Assembly: GCA_027451365.1 (NCBI GenBank)
Contig: DAIDJN010000041.1
Coordinates: 89,679 to 153,678 of the forward strand
Direction of reading: 5' to 3'
Length of the DNA stretch: 64,000 bases
Source of the DNA: Phycisphaerales bacterium
Lineage (GTDB): Bacteria > Planctomycetota > Phycisphaerae > WQYP01
Shown here: positions 18,488 to 28,806 of the stretch, piece after piece
Position numbering within the stretch: the first letter of the stretch is position 1
Layout: the number at the start of each line of letters is the position of its first letter
The notes under the pieces: generated by a model
What the model saw: the letters and a program-made list of their open reading frames with translations, nothing else
What the model was told of the DNA's origin: nothing
Database searches by the model: none
Made by a program: the position numbers and the translations under genes

Positions 18488-19696
18488 ATGCTTAGTGTAA
18501 CCAACCTGCTTTGTGATTTCGATGGCGGCAATGAACGTCTGCGGTATGGTCACCGCAATTCCGTCGGCGAAAGTCAGGAGGTGCCGCGGCCTGTGGTGGT
18601 CTGGGCCCTTACCAAAGCCTGTAATCTGCGATGTGTCCATTGTTACGCCTCGGCCAATGCGCGGCCCGCGCCCAATGAACTCACCCTGACGGAAGGCTTA
18701 AACCTTCTGGATGATCTGATAAAGTTCAAGGTTCCCGCGGTGCTTTTCAGCGGTGGCGAGCCGCTGGTGCGTCCGGAGGCGCTGGAATTTATCCGCTATG
18801 CCCGTGCTGGCGGCCTGGCATGTACACTTTCCACCAATGGTCTGCTCATAGATGACTCGATGGCGGAGCGTCTGGCTGACTCGGGATTAAAATATATAGG
18901 TATAAGCATGGATGGACTTCGTGAACGGCACGACAAGCTGCGCGGGCACGCGGGTGCCTTTGACGGCGTGCTTCGCGCCATCACTCACTGTCGGGCACGC
19001 GGCATAAAAGTCGGTTTGCGCTTCACAGTGCACAGCCTGAACATGCAGGATTTGGGCGCGGTGTTTGATATATGTGTTCAGTACGACGTGCAGCGGTTGT
19101 GCATTTATCACCTGGCTTACAGTGGCCGTGGCGGCAACATGCAGAAGGTGGATCTTTCCGCTGCGCAAACCCGCCATGTGGTGGATCGAATATTTGCCCG
19201 CAGCAGGGAATTGCACAAGGCCGGCATTCCCCTTGAAGTTTTGACTGTCGACAACCATGCCGACGCCGCTTATTTGCTGCTGCAGTTGGAGCAGACCGAT
19301 CCCCACCGTGCGCAGAAAGCTCGCCAGCGGCTGGTCGGTACCGGTGGCAATCGTTCCGGCTGCAATATCGCGGCCATTGATCCGGTTGGAAATGTGCATT
19401 ACGACCAGTTCAGTTGGCATTACAATTGCGGCAACATTCGAACTGAACCATTCAGCAAAATCTGGTCCGACGCAAAGGACCCGCGTCTGGCAGTGTTGCG
19501 AAACCGCCATACCCATCTTCCAATGCGCTGTCAGGCGTGCAGATTTCTTTCGGTGTGCAATGGAAATTTGCGTACCCGCGCCGAGGCTGCCACCGGCGAT
19601 TGGCTCGGCTTTGATCCGGGCTGCTATTTAACCGATGAAGAAATTTCCCCGCGCCAGCCCCAGGAATGTGCAGCCGTGGCACTGGTGCGGGACTGA
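18488..19696 (+). CDS. ahbC: Radical SAM/SPASM protein AhbC (NirJ1)
   Basis: AAGGAG RBS; AhbC-type N-terminus (LRYG...RPVVVW), CNLRCVHCYA, YHLAYSGRG, LTVDNHAD, CNGNLRTRAE, DPGCYLTDEEI. Confidence 0.8.
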   Translation: MLSVTNLLCDFDGGNERLRYGHRNSVGESQEVPRPVVVWALTKACNLRCVHCYASANARPAPNELTLTEGLNLLDDLIKFKVPAVLFSGGEPLVRPEALEFIRYARAGGLACTLSTNGLLIDDSMAERLADSGLKYIGISMDGLRERHDKLRGHAGAFDGVLRAITHCRARGIKVGLRFTVHSLNMQDLGAVFDICVQYDVQRLCIYHLAYSGRGGNMQKVDLSAAQTRHVVDRIFARSRELHKAGIPLEVLTVDNHADAAYLLLQLEQTDPHRAQKARQRLVGTGGNRSGCNIAAIDPVGNVHYDQFSWHYNCGNIRTEPFSKIWSDAKDPRLAVLRNRHTHLPMRCQACRFLSVCNGNLRTRAEAATGDWLGFDPGCYLTDEEISPRQPQECAAVALVRD

Positions 19697-20017
19697 GCTA
19701 TTCTCGGCGATTGGGAAGCGAGCCGGTGCCTCCTCTATTTCGCGATGCTTTAAACCATACAGTCCACAATATTTCAACTTTGGCATCGGGGATTAATGGC
19801 AATCCTGGTGCATGACAGGCAAAGCTCTGTTTGGCTGAATGGTGCAGATTGTGGCTTTCTAGAATGCGGAGCCATGCGACTCTGTGGCATGGCCGGACGC
19901 GGCAACTGACAGCAGCAGGTCCGCATTTTCACGACTTTATCGGCCCTTCGCGAAGTGGATTGGCACGGCCGGCGAGCCGTACGACGTAATAAATGCTGCT
20001 AAAAAGGCGGCTTTTAT

Positions 20018-20046
20018 TTGACAGCAACTGATTCATGTTGTATACA
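20018..20046 (+). promoter_or_regulatory. Putative sigma70 promoter
   Basis: TTGACA-N17-TATACA in the AT-rich region upstream of the 20274 gene. Confidence 0.4.
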
Positions 20047-20273
20047 ACTATTGGCTCAAAGCAGGATGGAGCTGTTCGATTGAGCAGATATTGCGCAAAA
20101 GTGGGGCCGTGATATTTGGCGACCATTTGGTCGAGATCGAATTTGTCATTTCACGGACGGATTTAGGTTAGTCGGCCGGATAAGCGGGAACATTGTCGCC
20201 CGAGCCTGTTTGCAGACCGCCATTTTCAAGCGGTCCGGGCTGGGGAACTAATTCTTGGGATGGAGTGGCAATC

Positions 20274-21227
20274 GTGAAAAAAAATCCATTTCTTCAGGTT
20301 GGGCTGTTGCTGGTTGCGGGCGGAATTGTCGGGCTTTCCGGACGGAGCGTCGCTCGGGCTAACTATTTCAATGGATTTGAGTCCTCTGGCAGCACCAGCA
20401 CGGATTTCTCCGGACCAGGTCCGGGGTTCGTGCCAGGCTCGAATAACTATACCCCCGGCGCCGACATTAGTCGCGTACAATCCGGAGGTGGATCGCTTGG
20501 CCTTACCGCCGCGTCGGGCAACTATTATGCGGAAATCACAAATGTCCCCGACACATACCAACCGGGCTATGGCCAGTCAATCGCTACCTCCTTCGGTGGA
20601 TACCAGCAGAACTACACTGGCAGCTTTACCGAGTCGGTGGATATTTATGTAAATGTTGCTGGCTGGGCTGCGAGCACTGGGGCGAGCCAAGGATTCCAGT
20701 TGGATGCATCCCCGAGCAATAATCTAACCGGAAGCGCCGCATACAACACCTATTCCTCCACCCCGAACGGCCCTAATCAGGGCGATGAGACACAATTTTA
20801 TGTAAACGCCACGGGTACAGGTGCTACCGCCCAAGTAAACGTTTCGGGTGAAATTAATGCGTCGAACGGCGGATCGATTGCGACCATCGGTCAATCCGGT
20901 TGGTACAATTTCGCGGTCGATTTTGCCAAGGGCTCGGGCGGCTACGTGCAGAATACCTTTTCTGTATCGACCCTTTCCGGTTCACAACTCGGGTCATATA
21001 CCGCGACATCTTTGTTGCCTAACAACTTGCTCGGTGGAAACAACTATGGGACTTGGTTTGAGGGCTGGATAAACGGCTTTGCTGGAAACACGATTGGCAT
21101 TGATAATGTGCAATTGACTTACGTGACGCCGCTTCCCGCCGCGTTTTGGCCTGCAGCTTTGACCCTTGCCGGGATGGGCATTGCGGCCGGACTCCGGCGG
21201 CGAGCACCGAACAAATGCTCGCAATAG
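20274..21227 (+). CDS. Secreted surface protein with PEP-CTERM-like (TPLPA) tail
   Basis: GGAG RBS before GTG 20274; signal peptide ending ARA; G/S/T/N-rich beta body; C-terminus TPLPAAFWPAALTLAGMGIAAGLRRR. Confidence 0.85.
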   Translation: MKKNPFLQVGLLLVAGGIVGLSGRSVARANYFNGFESSGSTSTDFSGPGPGFVPGSNNYTPGADISRVQSGGGSLGLTAASGNYYAEITNVPDTYQPGYGQSIATSFGGYQQNYTGSFTESVDIYVNVAGWAASTGASQGFQLDASPSNNLTGSAAYNTYSSTPNGPNQGDETQFYVNATGTGATAQVNVSGEINASNGGSIATIGQSGWYNFAVDFAKGSGGYVQNTFSVSTLSGSQLGSYTATSLLPNNLLGGNNYGTWFEGWINGFAGNTIGIDNVQLTYVTPLPAAFWPAALTLAGMGIAAGLRRRAPNKCSQ

Positions 21228-21374
21228 ATATGCTCAATATTTGGCGTCGCATGGAATCTCATGGTAAATCCGGTTTGGCCTGAATCTACCTTAGCCGAAT
21301 TGGAACTGAACAAGGCCCGTTCGTATTAAACCTTCAAGTCCGGCCCGCGCACAGACTGAAGTAGTCTCGCACCG

Positions 21375-21794
21375 TCACAACTTTTTCCGCCGACGGGATG
21401 CTGGCTTGGCGAACGTGTGCATCCATGCCGTTGCGTCCGCTTTGTTCAATTGGCCGTCCGCGACGCCAAGACCAATGGCGATGACATCGTCATCAGTGGC
21501 GATGATGTCGAACCCGTTGTTGTCCAGGAATATCATTGCCGCCAGTACTGCACAACGCTTGTTTCCATCATGAAAGGCGCGCGCCTGGCAGATATGAAAC
21601 AGATAAGCCGCAGCCATGGCCGGAATATCCGAATGCAGATACTGGCTACCGAAGGATGCCTGTGGCATCATAACGGCAGATTCAAGCAGGCCAGGATCGC
21701 GGATGCCCGCCAGTCCGCCGTGGCCGCCCAAGGCATCGTCATGGATCGCCACAACTTCATCGACCGAAAGAAATAAAGGTTCAGTCGCGCTCAT
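21375..21794 (-). CDS. doc: Death-on-curing (Fic/Doc) toxin with catalytic His replaced by Arg
   Basis: GGLAGIRDPGLLESA, AAAYLFHICQ-ARAFHDGNKR; start overlaps the antitoxin stop (ATGA). Confidence 0.9.
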   Translation of the reverse strand: MSATEPLFLSVDEVVAIHDDALGGHGGLAGIRDPGLLESAVMMPQASFGSQYLHSDIPAMAAAYLFHICQARAFHDGNKRCAVLAAMIFLDNNGFDIIATDDDVIAIGLGVADGQLNKADATAWMHTFAKPASRRRKKL

Positions 21795-22024
21795 TTGGCC
21801 AGTTCCGCCAGGGCGCGACTATAGCGCGTACGAAACTTGGCCAGCGATTTGAGCAGCCGTTCCTTTCCGATTCCCGTCTTCGCCGGCGTGATAATCAGTC
21901 GCGATCCGTCCACCGTTATCTGCACCTGGTCGCCAACCTTCCAGCCGGTAAGGCTCAGGAGTGTGTTGTCCAGCGGAATGCAACTGCCGTTGCCGACTTT
22001 GCGGATTTTTTTGACCAGACTCAT
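21791..22024 (-). CDS. AbrB/MazE-family antitoxin
   Basis: KKIRKVGNGSCIPL...GDQVQITVDGSRLIITP; C-terminal YSRALAELAK typical of Doc partners; AAGGAG RBS. Confidence 0.88.
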   Translation of the reverse strand: MSLVKKIRKVGNGSCIPLDNTLLSLTGWKVGDQVQITVDGSRLIITPAKTGIGKERLLKSLAKFRTRYSRALAELAK

Positions 22025-22057
22025 GACTCAACTCCTTGCATAAGGCGAACATTCACC

Positions 22058-22073
22058 CAATGTGAGTACATTG
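22058..22073. promoter_or_regulatory. Putative TA autoregulatory operator
   Basis: Inverted repeat CAATGT-GAGT-ACATTG just upstream of the antitoxin gene. Confidence 0.55.
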
Positions 22074-22249
22074 TAATTACGGCTTTGGTTTAAATCAAGC
22101 AGCAATTTCTGTGCCCCGGCATTGCAATAATCCATCGTTGCCTGTTTAATTCTGCGGGCAGAAATAACGCGAAAAGCTGCCGATTTCTGGCGCACACGGA
22201 TACATACGATTTCAGACACTTTGGCGGCTTTGGGCGCCCAGCAACGCTT

Positions 22250-23014
22250 CTATTGCCCGCGGCGCAGCAGCCGATTCAGCAAAGGCTGCATATGGGTTGC
22301 CCAAATGGTGTAACCGGCTTCGGTCAGATGCAATTGATCCGGTCCCAGCCCCTTCCAACTGTTTCCAACACGCGGCATAAGCGCGAACAGATTGAAATAA
22401 AATATGCTCCGACCATTGGCAAAATGGCGGATGATACGATTCGTGGCGATGATGGTGGCGGTGTTGCGTGATGTCGGAGTCAGGCTTACCAGGATGATTT
22501 TTACACCATGAAAAACCTGCCTGGTTTTAATAATCACGGCCCGCACACCGGCGGCAATTTGCCGTGGCGCGTATTGTGTATCGTTGGTGCCGATCAAAAT
22601 AACCGCCACCTTCGGATGCAGATGATGGATATGAAAATGAATCAGCCGCCACAGAACATGCTCCGTGCCGTCGGCTCCTACGCCAAAGTCGATTGCATGG
22701 CGCGGCGCGTAATATTTGTCCCACACCTTGTATCCGACCGAATACCAGCCGCCACTCGGTCTGGACTCAAAATTCTGTGTGATGGAATCCCCGATAAAAA
22801 TAATATTACACTTACCATGCGCCCGCGCTACCCGCCTTGCACAAAGTGCGTACCATGATGCGAATTGCCGCGAATGCGCCGCACTTGGAATCGTCGTCGG
22901 ATCCGGTGGTCCGTCGGAAGTCGCCCCGGAAACAGTCGGGAAAATAGGGGCCAATGCCCCGGCCGATGCCACAACAAAAAGAAATAGCCACACAATAGGT
23001 CCACGATTGATCAT
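22250..23014 (-). CDS. Secreted SGNH/GDSL esterase (PAF-acetylhydrolase-like)
   Basis: FIGDSIT, FGVGADGT, IGTND, DQLHL; signal peptide; GGAG RBS before ATG 23014. Confidence 0.88.
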   Translation of the reverse strand: MINRGPIVWLFLFVVASAGALAPIFPTVSGATSDGPPDPTTIPSAAHSRQFASWYALCARRVARAHGKCNIIFIGDSITQNFESRPSGGWYSVGYKVWDKYYAPRHAIDFGVGADGTEHVLWRLIHFHIHHLHPKVAVILIGTNDTQYAPRQIAAGVRAVIIKTRQVFHGVKIILVSLTPTSRNTATIIATNRIIRHFANGRSIFYFNLFALMPRVGNSWKGLGPDQLHLTEAGYTIWATHMQPLLNRLLRRGQ

Positions 23015-23062
23015 CGCATTCTCCATAAAAGGTGTCGGGGCGTGTTTCGATATTAATCCGGA

Positions 23063-24046
23063 TTACCGCCGGCCGCTGAAAACTGGCCGCGTCTTGGGCA
23101 CGGGCAGCAAATGCAGGTGGCAATACATGGTATCCGCCATCAATCGTCCCAGGTCCATCTGCCCAAAAGTGCCAAAATGCAGGTGATCCGTGGGCAATGG
23201 CGTGAGCGGATCTTCCGCGCGCTGCTCCAGATCATTGGTATGTACCAGATAGGCACCGCGCACCGCCAGCGGACTGCCGGAATTCCATGCCACCTCACGC
23301 TGCCCAAGACGTACCAGATCCCGCCACCGTTCATTGTTCTTGAACATGCCGGAATCCGGTGGCGGCATGACCAGCCCATAAACAAAGGGAATATTCGGGC
23401 AGTTAAACTGTTGCCGCACGCGGTGAATAAAATGCCGCAAATTACCGGCGTATTCCTCCGCGATTTTCAGGCCTTCAAACGCATCATTTTCACCCTGTTG
23501 CCAGATAATTCCGCGAATTCGCGGCTGGTAACCCAGCTTGCGCAGCGCGGCCATGCCGCCATCCACCGTTTTGACAAACTCCCGAAACTGTTGTCCCCAA
23601 TGCGATGTATCCTGGGCATTGGCACCCGGGTTCCACTGCCGCGCAAGGTCAGTTCCCGACCAGGCATCTTTAATCAGTGCAATATGATGAGTCGGGTAAA
23701 ACATCTGCATCCGGTTGCCGAAGGTAAGCTCCGGTCCAAACCGATCTGGACTTTCTGAAGCCTGCTGCAAAGGAACCCATGTGTCCGGCGAGCAGTTGTC
23801 ATGAATATCGCCCGCCGAATGGTACAGCAGGACGCGGGTGTCAATATGGAAGTTTTTCGGCAGATTTTGCATATATCCCTGGCCGGTCATGTTGGATTGC
23901 CCCGCCACCAGATACAGATCGATCGGCGTGCCCCGAGCAACTGGGGCGATGGTTGCCGCCACTGCCGTGCCGGTGCTCACTAGAAATCCCATCAGCAGCG
24001 CCGCGGCGGCACCGAAATTAAAGCATCGCAAAAATACAGGCATCAC
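23063..24046 (-). CDS. Secreted sialate O-acetylesterase (SASA/CE6-like)
   Basis: AGQSNM, FGPE, WQQGEND, DHLHF; signal peptide. Confidence 0.88.
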   Translation of the reverse strand: MMPVFLRCFNFGAAAALLMGFLVSTGTAVAATIAPVARGTPIDLYLVAGQSNMTGQGYMQNLPKNFHIDTRVLLYHSAGDIHDNCSPDTWVPLQQASESPDRFGPELTFGNRMQMFYPTHHIALIKDAWSGTDLARQWNPGANAQDTSHWGQQFREFVKTVDGGMAALRKLGYQPRIRGIIWQQGENDAFEGLKIAEEYAGNLRHFIHRVRQQFNCPNIPFVYGLVMPPPDSGMFKNNERWRDLVRLGQREVAWNSGSPLAVRGAYLVHTNDLEQRAEDPLTPLPTDHLHFGTFGQMDLGRLMADTMYCHLHLLPVPKTRPVFSGRR

Positions 24047-24095
24047 GCAATTCTCCTTTTAACGGAACCGTTTTTAGCCAGTGAAAGATTGACGC

Positions 24096-26993
24096 TCATT
24101 GTGCTCGCAGCCGCAGCATCGACCCTTTACGAGTTGTCCATTGGAGGACCTTTCCGGAAATCTGCCGCGTCGGACCGTTGTTTAATCGCACCAGTACGCT
24201 TTTTCCCGGCCACGGATTGGCCACGCGACAAATGCCGCCGCGCTGACTGACAATGTTTACAAAGTCAATTTGGCCCGCCTTTAACCGGCTGGAAACGAGA
24301 AAATCTCCGCAGGCCAGCAAATTCCGGAATGCCGCATCCTGATTCCGCGGCCAATCCGGAAAAATATGAATATCATGTTGATAACTCTGTAGAAACATCG
24401 CGCAAATGGTAGTCGGCACAATGGCAAAATTCTCTGTTCCACCTCCGCCCATCTGAAATACGAAATTGGGATATGAACAATGGTCGATCAGCGTGTGCAG
24501 GTGATGCAGAATTTTATCCGGGTTGTAGCCCACGCAGGCCGCCGCCGGATAATAGCTCGAATCGTTGTTGTAGTCATACCATATCTGAAAAATCTGAACT
24601 GTATTAAGCCCGGCTTTCAAAAGCCGGGGGGAACTTTCCAGGCCAATGGCCCAGCCCGGAAAAATGGCCTGCGACGGATTCATGCCGGCACTGGATCCAT
24701 GAATGCCATGCCAGCCGGGATGTCCCCAATGGCTGCGAATAACCGGCCCACTCCAGGCGGTGCCCTTCTGTGTGTAACGAATCACCAGCTTGTTGTGCAT
24801 GCCCGCCGGGCCGAAAACCTTCGCCGCCGGAAATATCGGAAGCGGTGCCAGATGCCGCAATATTCGCCGCCAGGTGGTGGCCGCCGGGTCGCGCAATTGA
24901 AGTGTCCGATTCATATCCAGCAGGCCCGCATACAGCATCCGCAGAAACGCGATGCTTGTCGCGGGGTTTTCGTCATGGGCGCGGCTTAATTCATCCGCCG
25001 CGTCGTTTTCATCGACATAGACGCCATTCTTAAGCACCAGATAATGATCCCAGAATGCCGCAGTGCCGCGTAAGAATGGATAGATCATCCGTGCGTATTG
25101 GGGGCTGCGCGTGTAACGCCATCGCATCAGGCAATCCACAGCGCCGAACAGCGCATCAGATTTCTGCTGCAATGCCCTGGCGCCGTCGGCCGACCACCCC
25201 GGTGGCGGACTTAGGTGGCAATGGTAATAAAGCCCTTTAAAGCCGCGCAGCTTCGCCAGTCCGCGGCCGCGCGCCATCCAGGCCAGAAGCGGCAGGTCAT
25301 AATTGTCGGCCAGTCCAATGTGATTGGTGGGATAGGCCGCCCAGCAGGGGGCTTCATAATTGTAGTCCAAAGTATAATCGCCGTTCCAGGCCATCCACGG
25401 ACTGGTAATAAAATTGCCCCATAACCCCGGCGCAATGTGTCCCGGCGCACTGCAGCACGCAAATAGATATAAAGATCCATAATAAAACGCCTCAATCCGT
25501 TTGTCCGGAATTTCAACGGTGGATTTATTCCAGAAATGCTTCCACCACATGAGTTCTTTGTGCCTTAGAACAGAAAGCGATTCAAGCCGCATTTGGCCCA
25601 GCAGGCGCAGCGTGGCGGCGCGGTAGTGAAGTGTATCGTGATCATCCAGGGCCGAAATCAGCACTGTGGCGGATTCCCCGGCACCCAGGGAAATGGTTCC
25701 CACCCCTTTGTTCACACGGGCAATCTGTCCGATAATCCGTACCGCCAGCAACCCCTTTGGGCCGCACCCGTCGAATGCCAGTTGTGAATCTCCGGGGTGA
25801 ATGGCGTTCCAGTCCCACACAGGCCCGGCCACCTGCGCCGTTGTGGGAAACGCGCGGCTTGTCGCCACCAACTTTCCCCCCACGTATAAGCCAAGAGATC
25901 GGCCGTTGTAACGCACCGCAAGTTGCGACCAGGCGTTCAGCGGCAATGGTTGCGGGTCGATAATACGCACACGATTGAGCATGGCCGTGACCTTGCCATT
26001 TGCCAGTGACAGAGAAAAGCCGTACGGAATTCGCGGCTGGCCCCCGCCGGGCCAGTGGGTCCATCGCTTGGTGGTCATGGCGCTGAAAATAGCTTGGGTG
26101 CCTGCCGCGGATTTTGGATTGACCGAGGTCTGAATGTCAAAGGCCCTTTGCGGCAGCCGCAAAAAGCCGCAGTCAAATGAAGTTGGGCCAGCTGCGGCAG
26201 ATTTCGAATCGCTCCGCTGGATCAGGAACGAAAACCGTGGCTTGGCCGCGTGCCGCGGCGCGGCGGAGGCGTAAATCCGCATATTCTTTATGGGACCCGA
26301 AAAATGTTTGGAATTTTCGCGTCCCGTCGGCTGCCCAATGCGCGCCTGCACCGTATCCGGTGATACCTTCAGCCACGAAATGCCGCCAGTATTGCCTCCC
26401 ATGCCTTTTGAACCCGGCGTGCCCCAGCCGTCCAGAAGTGCTGAACTTATCGTCAGAGTTCCTTGCCCGGCGTTCCGCAGCTTCACCACCAGCAGATTTT
26501 GCGGTTTGGCTACCCACGCTGTAAACCGCAGCGCGTGGCCATCATGCGACGTAAAATGTCCCGTGACTTCAGCGCGGCCAATACGTTCAACTGTTTTATA
26601 ACTCCCATCATGTAAAGCGGGAATGGAAAGCACGACTCGGCCGAAAGGCATTATGCGGCCGCGAAACAGACTCCAGAAATCTTCTCGCCCAAGAAACAGT
26701 GAAATATGATCAGTATTGCGCCCCTGAATCGCGACGCCCAGGCTGCCATTGCCCAGCAGCGCGCCGTCGGGAAAATTGTTCGCCGGCGCATGCGTGGGAA
26801 CTTGCGTGCGCACGCCGGAAATGTGCTGAACAATATTCCATGTTGACGGAGGTGGATTTCCCGTTATCGCCGCTGCAACAAATGCCGGGCCTCCTGCCAG
26901 CAGATTCACCGCCAGACTGACGGAAGGCAGCGCTATAACGCAAAAAGAACGGACCATCAGACTTTTGGCGGTCAGATTATTTCCATACAGCAT
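24096..26993 (-). CDS. GH95-like glycoside hydrolase with an inserted LamG-like domain
   Basis: ALLGNGSLG N-terminus; PGLWG...WNGDYTLDYNYE; MFLQSY..IHIFPDWP; LACGDFLVSS; internal LNAWSQLAVRYNGRSLGLYVGG. Confidence 0.75.
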   Translation of the reverse strand: MLYGNNLTAKSLMVRSFCVIALPSVSLAVNLLAGGPAFVAAAITGNPPPSTWNIVQHISGVRTQVPTHAPANNFPDGALLGNGSLGVAIQGRNTDHISLFLGREDFWSLFRGRIMPFGRVVLSIPALHDGSYKTVERIGRAEVTGHFTSHDGHALRFTAWVAKPQNLLVVKLRNAGQGTLTISSALLDGWGTPGSKGMGGNTGGISWLKVSPDTVQARIGQPTGRENSKHFSGPIKNMRIYASAAPRHAAKPRFSFLIQRSDSKSAAAGPTSFDCGFLRLPQRAFDIQTSVNPKSAAGTQAIFSAMTTKRWTHWPGGGQPRIPYGFSLSLANGKVTAMLNRVRIIDPQPLPLNAWSQLAVRYNGRSLGLYVGGKLVATSRAFPTTAQVAGPVWDWNAIHPGDSQLAFDGCGPKGLLAVRIIGQIARVNKGVGTISLGAGESATVLISALDDHDTLHYRAATLRLLGQMRLESLSVLRHKELMWWKHFWNKSTVEIPDKRIEAFYYGSLYLFACCSAPGHIAPGLWGNFITSPWMAWNGDYTLDYNYEAPCWAAYPTNHIGLADNYDLPLLAWMARGRGLAKLRGFKGLYYHCHLSPPPGWSADGARALQQKSDALFGAVDCLMRWRYTRSPQYARMIYPFLRGTAAFWDHYLVLKNGVYVDENDAADELSRAHDENPATSIAFLRMLYAGLLDMNRTLQLRDPAATTWRRILRHLAPLPIFPAAKVFGPAGMHNKLVIRYTQKGTAWSGPVIRSHWGHPGWHGIHGSSAGMNPSQAIFPGWAIGLESSPRLLKAGLNTVQIFQIWYDYNNDSSYYPAAACVGYNPDKILHHLHTLIDHCSYPNFVFQMGGGGTENFAIVPTTICAMFLQSYQHDIHIFPDWPRNQDAAFRNLLACGDFLVSSRLKAGQIDFVNIVSQRGGICRVANPWPGKSVLVRLNNGPTRQISGKVLQWTTRKGSMLRLRAQ

Positions 26994-27681
26994 TATTCAT
27001 TTTCTCCTTTGGCACCTGCCGCAAATCTGGGTGGACGCCGCTGTCGGTTGTTTCCCTGACCGTTTCCGGTTGGGCAGGCTTGGCGGAATAACCCTTTGGC
27101 GTAACAATCCGATTGATATAACCGGACCACGCCGGATATTGCAATGTATGGAAAGTCGTCCGATTGTTTTCACCTTATCTGTCCCGTCACAAAAGTAGCG
27201 AGAAAGCGTAAATAATGTGGCTGGCAATATAACCAAAGACAGGAATATAGGACGTCATTAATTCGCTCTTTTAACACGATCGCGATCTGATGTCGGGATT
27301 AGGTACCAAATAGACGCAAATTGCTACCGCGAACCGACTTGCAAATGAACGATTCGCCAACCCGTCCGCCAAATTTTTCCACAAGGCTTCCGGTTAAGTT
27401 TGGGTTCGGGGGCCTGGCCAGGCAAATAGTCCGGGTCGGCGGGCGAGTTGGTCCCCGCTCCCCAAATCACCGGCCACGCACCGATCGGCCCAATCCGCCG
27501 TGCATTGCACTATTTCCACGCGGAGCAGCCTCATTGGCGGACACCCGGCAACTGGACCTGCGATTTTGCGTTTACAATAGGTGACCATGGCGACAATGTG
27601 ACCTTCCCGACTGGCTTTTCCCATCACATTGGCCAATAATTCAGCTTGTCGAGCCGCCAATGAAATTGTTAAGGAGCTGCC

Positions 27682-28713
27682 ATGTTGTGTAAATCGCCTG
27701 TACTGTTTCTGCCACGTTGGATTCTGCTTCTTCTTTTTCTGGCTACCTCCCAGGCTGGTTCTTTGCTCTGGCCGGCTCATGCCAGTGCCAAAATGAAAAT
27801 AGCGCTTGTTTGTTCCGGTTCCATTACCGATGGCGGCTGGAACCAGGAGGGCCGCGATGCGATTCTGCGGGTCGGCAAAAAGCTCCATGCCCATGTTTCC
27901 GTGGTGGAACATGTTTCACCTGTGCGGGCTGTTAATGTGATGCGCGATTATGCCATGCGCGGTTATCAGTTGGTCATCGGCCACGGTTATGAATTTCTCG
28001 TGCCCGCCACCCAGGTGGCCGCACAAGGTGTCAAAACCCATTTTGCCATAAGCGGTGCGGACCTGGCGAAGCCGCACATCGCCACTCTGAATTTCGACCT
28101 TTCCGAACCCTCTTACCAACTCGGCGTGCTGGCCGCTATGCTGTCCAAATCAGGAAAAATCGGCTTTATAGGCGGCGAAAAAATTCCCTCCGTGGTAGCC
28201 TGTTACAAGGGCTTTCGTGCCGGTGCCCGCAGTATCCGGCCGCATATTAAAGTTGCCCAGGCCTATACAAGTTGGGACCAGCCCGCACTTTCCAAAAGTC
28301 AGGCGGAGGCATTTATCCAGCAGGGAATCGATGTGATTTATCAGAATGTGGATGCCGCCAGTCGCGGCGTATTTGAAGCCGTTGCCCAGGCCGACCGGCA
28401 CGTGAAAGCCGGTGGCCCTGCGGTTTACGTGTTTGGTGCCAATCGGAATCAGAACAACAATTCCACCTGTGGCATGTACACGCCGGCCAGTGCCGTGATC
28501 CGCCTGGACCGGGCGTTTATGCGGGTGGCACTGGCGGTTAAAAAAGGACATTTCAAGGCCGGCGTTAAACTGGAAAACCTGGACAACGGTGTTTGTGTCG
28601 TGGTTCTGAATTCTAAATTGTTCGGCCGGGTCATAACTCCGAAAATGCGGGCCGCCGTGGCCCGCGCAGGTCGGCGGCTGATCGCCGGAAAGATCGTCGT
28701 GTCACCTCGTTGA
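27682..28713 (+). CDS. BMP-family ABC substrate-binding protein (nucleoside/purine type)
   Basis: GSITDGGWNQEG, GYQLVIGHGYEF, SKSGKIGFIGG, GIDVIY. Confidence 0.9.
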   Translation: MLCKSPVLFLPRWILLLLFLATSQAGSLLWPAHASAKMKIALVCSGSITDGGWNQEGRDAILRVGKKLHAHVSVVEHVSPVRAVNVMRDYAMRGYQLVIGHGYEFLVPATQVAAQGVKTHFAISGADLAKPHIATLNFDLSEPSYQLGVLAAMLSKSGKIGFIGGEKIPSVVACYKGFRAGARSIRPHIKVAQAYTSWDQPALSKSQAEAFIQQGIDVIYQNVDAASRGVFEAVAQADRHVKAGGPAVYVFGANRNQNNNSTCGMYTPASAVIRLDRAFMRVALAVKKGHFKAGVKLENLDNGVCVVVLNSKLFGRVITPKMRAAVARAGRRLIAGKIVVSPR

Positions 28714-28806
28714 ACAATCGGATGCCGTACGCGCGGCCAAGGATGCGGTCCGCATGTATCTGGGCGGCCTGGTTGGCCGCAGTTCCTTTCAGGGATATTG
28801 TCCGGC

